Positions 62,382-64,000 of a DNA stretch of 64,000 nucleotides are shown piece by piece. A program made the position numbers and the translations under genes. Within the stretch, counting starts at the first letter, position 1. Every line of letters begins with the position of its first letter. The notes under the pieces were generated by a model. The model did not search any database. It saw only the letters and a list, made by a program, of their open reading frames with translations, and was not told the DNA's origin. The stretch covers positions 1,574 to 65,573 of the IMG/VR virus record IMGVR_UViG_2531839312_000008. The stretch is one strand, 5' to 3'. Origin of the DNA: a virus.

Positions 62382-63040
62382 GCTATCAACTTATCTACGC
62401 CGATCCGCCCTGGCATTACGATAACGTAATCAGCAATGGGGCTGCTGGTAATCACTACGGCACCCTAACGCTCACTGATCTTATGCGCCTGCCGGTCTGG
62501 TCAATTGCCGCCGATAACGCTGTGCTGGCGATGTGGTACACCGGCACTCACAATGCCGAGGCAGTCAAGCTTGCTGAGGCGTGGGGCTTTAAAGTTAAAA
62601 CGATGAAAGGTTTCACCTGGGTGAAGCTGAACCAGCTGGCTGAGCAGCATATCAATAAAGCACTGGAAGCCGGTCAGGTTGAGGATTTTTATGATTTCCT
62701 CGATCTGCTGAATACGCAGACGCGCATGAATGGCGGGAACTACACCCGAGCAAATAGCGAGGACCTGCTGATCGCGGTGCGCGGTGCGGGTCTGGAAAGG
62801 CAAAACGCCAGCCAGAAGCAAGTGATCTACTCCCCTCTTGGAGAGCACAGCGAGAAGCCTTGGGAGGCGAGGCACCGGCTTGAGCTGCTTTACGGTGATG
62901 TGTCACGCATTGAGTTTTTTGCCAGACAGGAAGTACCTGGTTGGGACACGTGGGGGGATGAATCACCAGTCAGCAGCATTCAAATTTCACCGGCTAACTT
63001 TCAACAAACAGCGCAGCCAGTCGAGGTTAAAGCGGAGTAA
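62378..63040 (+). CDS. MT-A70-family DNA N6-adenine methyltransferase
   Basis: IYADPPW; L.MW.T; AWGF; HS.KP; IE.FAR; WD.WG. Confidence 0.92.
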   Translation: MSYQLIYADPPWHYDNVISNGAAGNHYGTLTLTDLMRLPVWSIAADNAVLAMWYTGTHNAEAVKLAEAWGFKVKTMKGFTWVKLNQLAEQHINKALEAGQVEDFYDFLDLLNTQTRMNGGNYTRANSEDLLIAVRGAGLERQNASQKQVIYSPLGEHSEKPWEARHRLELLYGDVSRIEFFARQEVPGWDTWGDESPVSSIQISPANFQQTAQPVEVKAE

Positions 63041-63043
63041 TCC

Positions 63044-63244
63044 ATGACACCCGAAGAGACCGACAACGCCGCCCGCGCAATAGCAAAGAAACTCATCACA
63101 GAACTCAACAGCAAATCAAACAAACTCACCTTCCGCCAACTCCTCGATAAATACGCCAGCCAGGCTAAGCCGTTCTGCCCTAAAAAGCATGAGCCTTGGC
63201 TCTGGCTATGCGTCATCGTGCATAGAGTAGTGGAAGGTAAATAG
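63044..63244 (+). CDS. Hypothetical protein
   Basis: GGAG RBS; co-oriented. Confidence 0.65.
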   Translation: MTPEETDNAARAIAKKLITELNSKSNKLTFRQLLDKYASQAKPFCPKKHEPWLWLCVIVHRVVEGK

Positions 63245-63259
63245 AAGAGGTAAATTATC

Positions 63260-63463
63260 ATGAGAGAACTAAAACACGATTCCCTGATTACTATGAAGGA
63301 TATGACGGAGGATTCAGGCTTTACCGCAAAATACTTCTATTCTCAAATCAAGGGGGGTAGACTCCCAGAGCCAACAAAATTCGGCCATCATTCCCGCTGG
63401 CTATATTCCGATTATCAAGATTGGAAATCGAGCTACTTCCCCTCCTTAAAAAAAGCCTCTTGA
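63260..63463 (+). CDS. torI: Excisionase / recombination directionality factor (TorI/AlpA family)
   Basis: DSL...K....DSGF...YFY..IK.G.LP.......SRWLY.D matches E. coli TorI as I recall it. Confidence 0.85.
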   Translation: MRELKHDSLITMKDMTEDSGFTAKYFYSQIKGGRLPEPTKFGHHSRWLYSDYQDWKSSYFPSLKKAS

Positions 63464-63470
63464 TGACCTT

Positions 63471-63567
63471 TGCGGGTATAAATGCGGGTATAATTCTTCA
63501 ATCAATCTTAAAAATCCTTTCATATAAGTCCCTTACCTACCCTGTTTGATGTCTGTAGGGGACACCA
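63471..63567 (+). other. attR-like region: arm-site direct repeats plus degenerate tRNA 3' end
   Basis: TGCGGGTATA x2 (63471, 63483); tttgatgtctgtaggggacacca resembles the argW tRNA-Arg 3' end TTCGATTCCTGCAGGGGACACCA. Confidence 0.75.
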
Positions 63568-63741
63568 ATAACTCATTACCTCCTGATACCCAATCAAACC
63601 AAAACCATTGCAGTACTTAGCAAAACCCCTTTAAATCAGCACCGCCGTCAAGAAACAGTTCGCCACAGTTCTTACTAGTGTGTTGACAGCCACCCTTTGC
63701 TGGGTAAAAACTGGGTAAATAATTTTACCCAGTTTTTACCC

Positions 63742-64000
63742 ATGTTGGCCGTAAAGCAGGTCGAAGCTGCAAAGCCTCAGAAAAAACCCTACCACCTTTT
63801 AGATGGCAATAGCCTCTATCTATACATCCCAGTTTCCGGCAAAAAAGTTTGGCAGTTGAGATTTTTTTGGCAGGTAAAGAAAAGGTAATGACAGTGGGTA
63901 AATACCCATTCATTTCATTGCAGGAAGCAAGGGAAAAATCCTTCCTTGCTCGCAAGGAAATATCCGAAGGGATAGATCCAACCAAAAAAAAGAATAAAGT
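63742..64000 (+). pseudogene. intS: IntS-like tyrosine integrase of a neighbouring element, frameshifted in a T7 run (63862-63868), runs off the window
   Basis: ML.VKQ.EAAKP..KPY.LLDGN.LYLY.PVSGKKVWQLR then shifted frame GKEKVMTVGKYP..SLQEAR; preceded by CTGGGTAAA arm repeats. Confidence 0.85.

Larger units (their letters stand above)
1..63567. mobile_element. Temperate prophage: lambdoid regulation with a contractile (myovirus) tail; left end lies outside the window
   Basis: Continuous syntenic phage modules tail-head-terminase-lysis-Q-nin-replication-immunity-left arm-xis, ending at an att-like tRNA 3' end. Confidence 0.97.

Noticed and set aside
63545-63567. tRNA-Arg gene
   Set aside because: Only a degenerate 3' 23 bp is present; this is an att remnant
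336-63985. Numerous 60-180-aa ORFs antisense to or nested in clear phage genes (e.g. 1467..1907, 18125..18478, 28192..28740, 57223..57574, 62501..62875, 63725..63985)
   Set aside because: Shadow frames with no RBS or motif; the opposite strand has the recognisable gene

Overview
Almost the whole window (1 to ~63,570) is one temperate prophage of an Enterobacterales host, and no host housekeeping genes are visible. It joins a lambda/P22-type regulatory core (cI/cro/cII/cIII/N/Q, operators, nut sites, pR', O-like initiator plus DnaB-like helicase, nin region) to a contractile-tail morphogenesis module on the minus strand (terminase, DUF1073-type portal, DUF2213 protease, DUF2184 capsid, DUF3383 sheath, baseplate J, tail fibre/spike). 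The right end has a TorI-like excisionase, a degenerate tRNA-Arg-type att site and a frameshifted IntS-like integrase of a neighbouring element. The prophage's own integrase is probably left of the window. Accessory content is rich. (i) A P22-like immI island in the tail region carries arc/mnt/ant, a second antirepressor, Rha, two sar-like antisense RNAs, phd-doc and two paralogous 'TPR-like + HEPN' gene pairs, punctuated by a repeated hairpin. (ii) Two glycosyltransferases sit in the Q-dependent late operon just before the holin, upstream of mucin-like Thr/Ser/Asp-rich proteins and Ser/Thr-rich, Lys/Arg-poor tail proteins; this is my best candidate for an undescribed system (virion O-glycosylation). 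(iii) A cassette-like array after cI is delimited by copies of the lambda cI 3' end. (iv) Several structured RNA candidates are present. Signs of decay or sequence error are an amber codon in Rz, a +1 frameshift in a 27-bp-repeat gene, a DnaB relic and the frameshifted integrase. All family assignments come from motifs recognised by eye and from recalled sequences; no database search was run.
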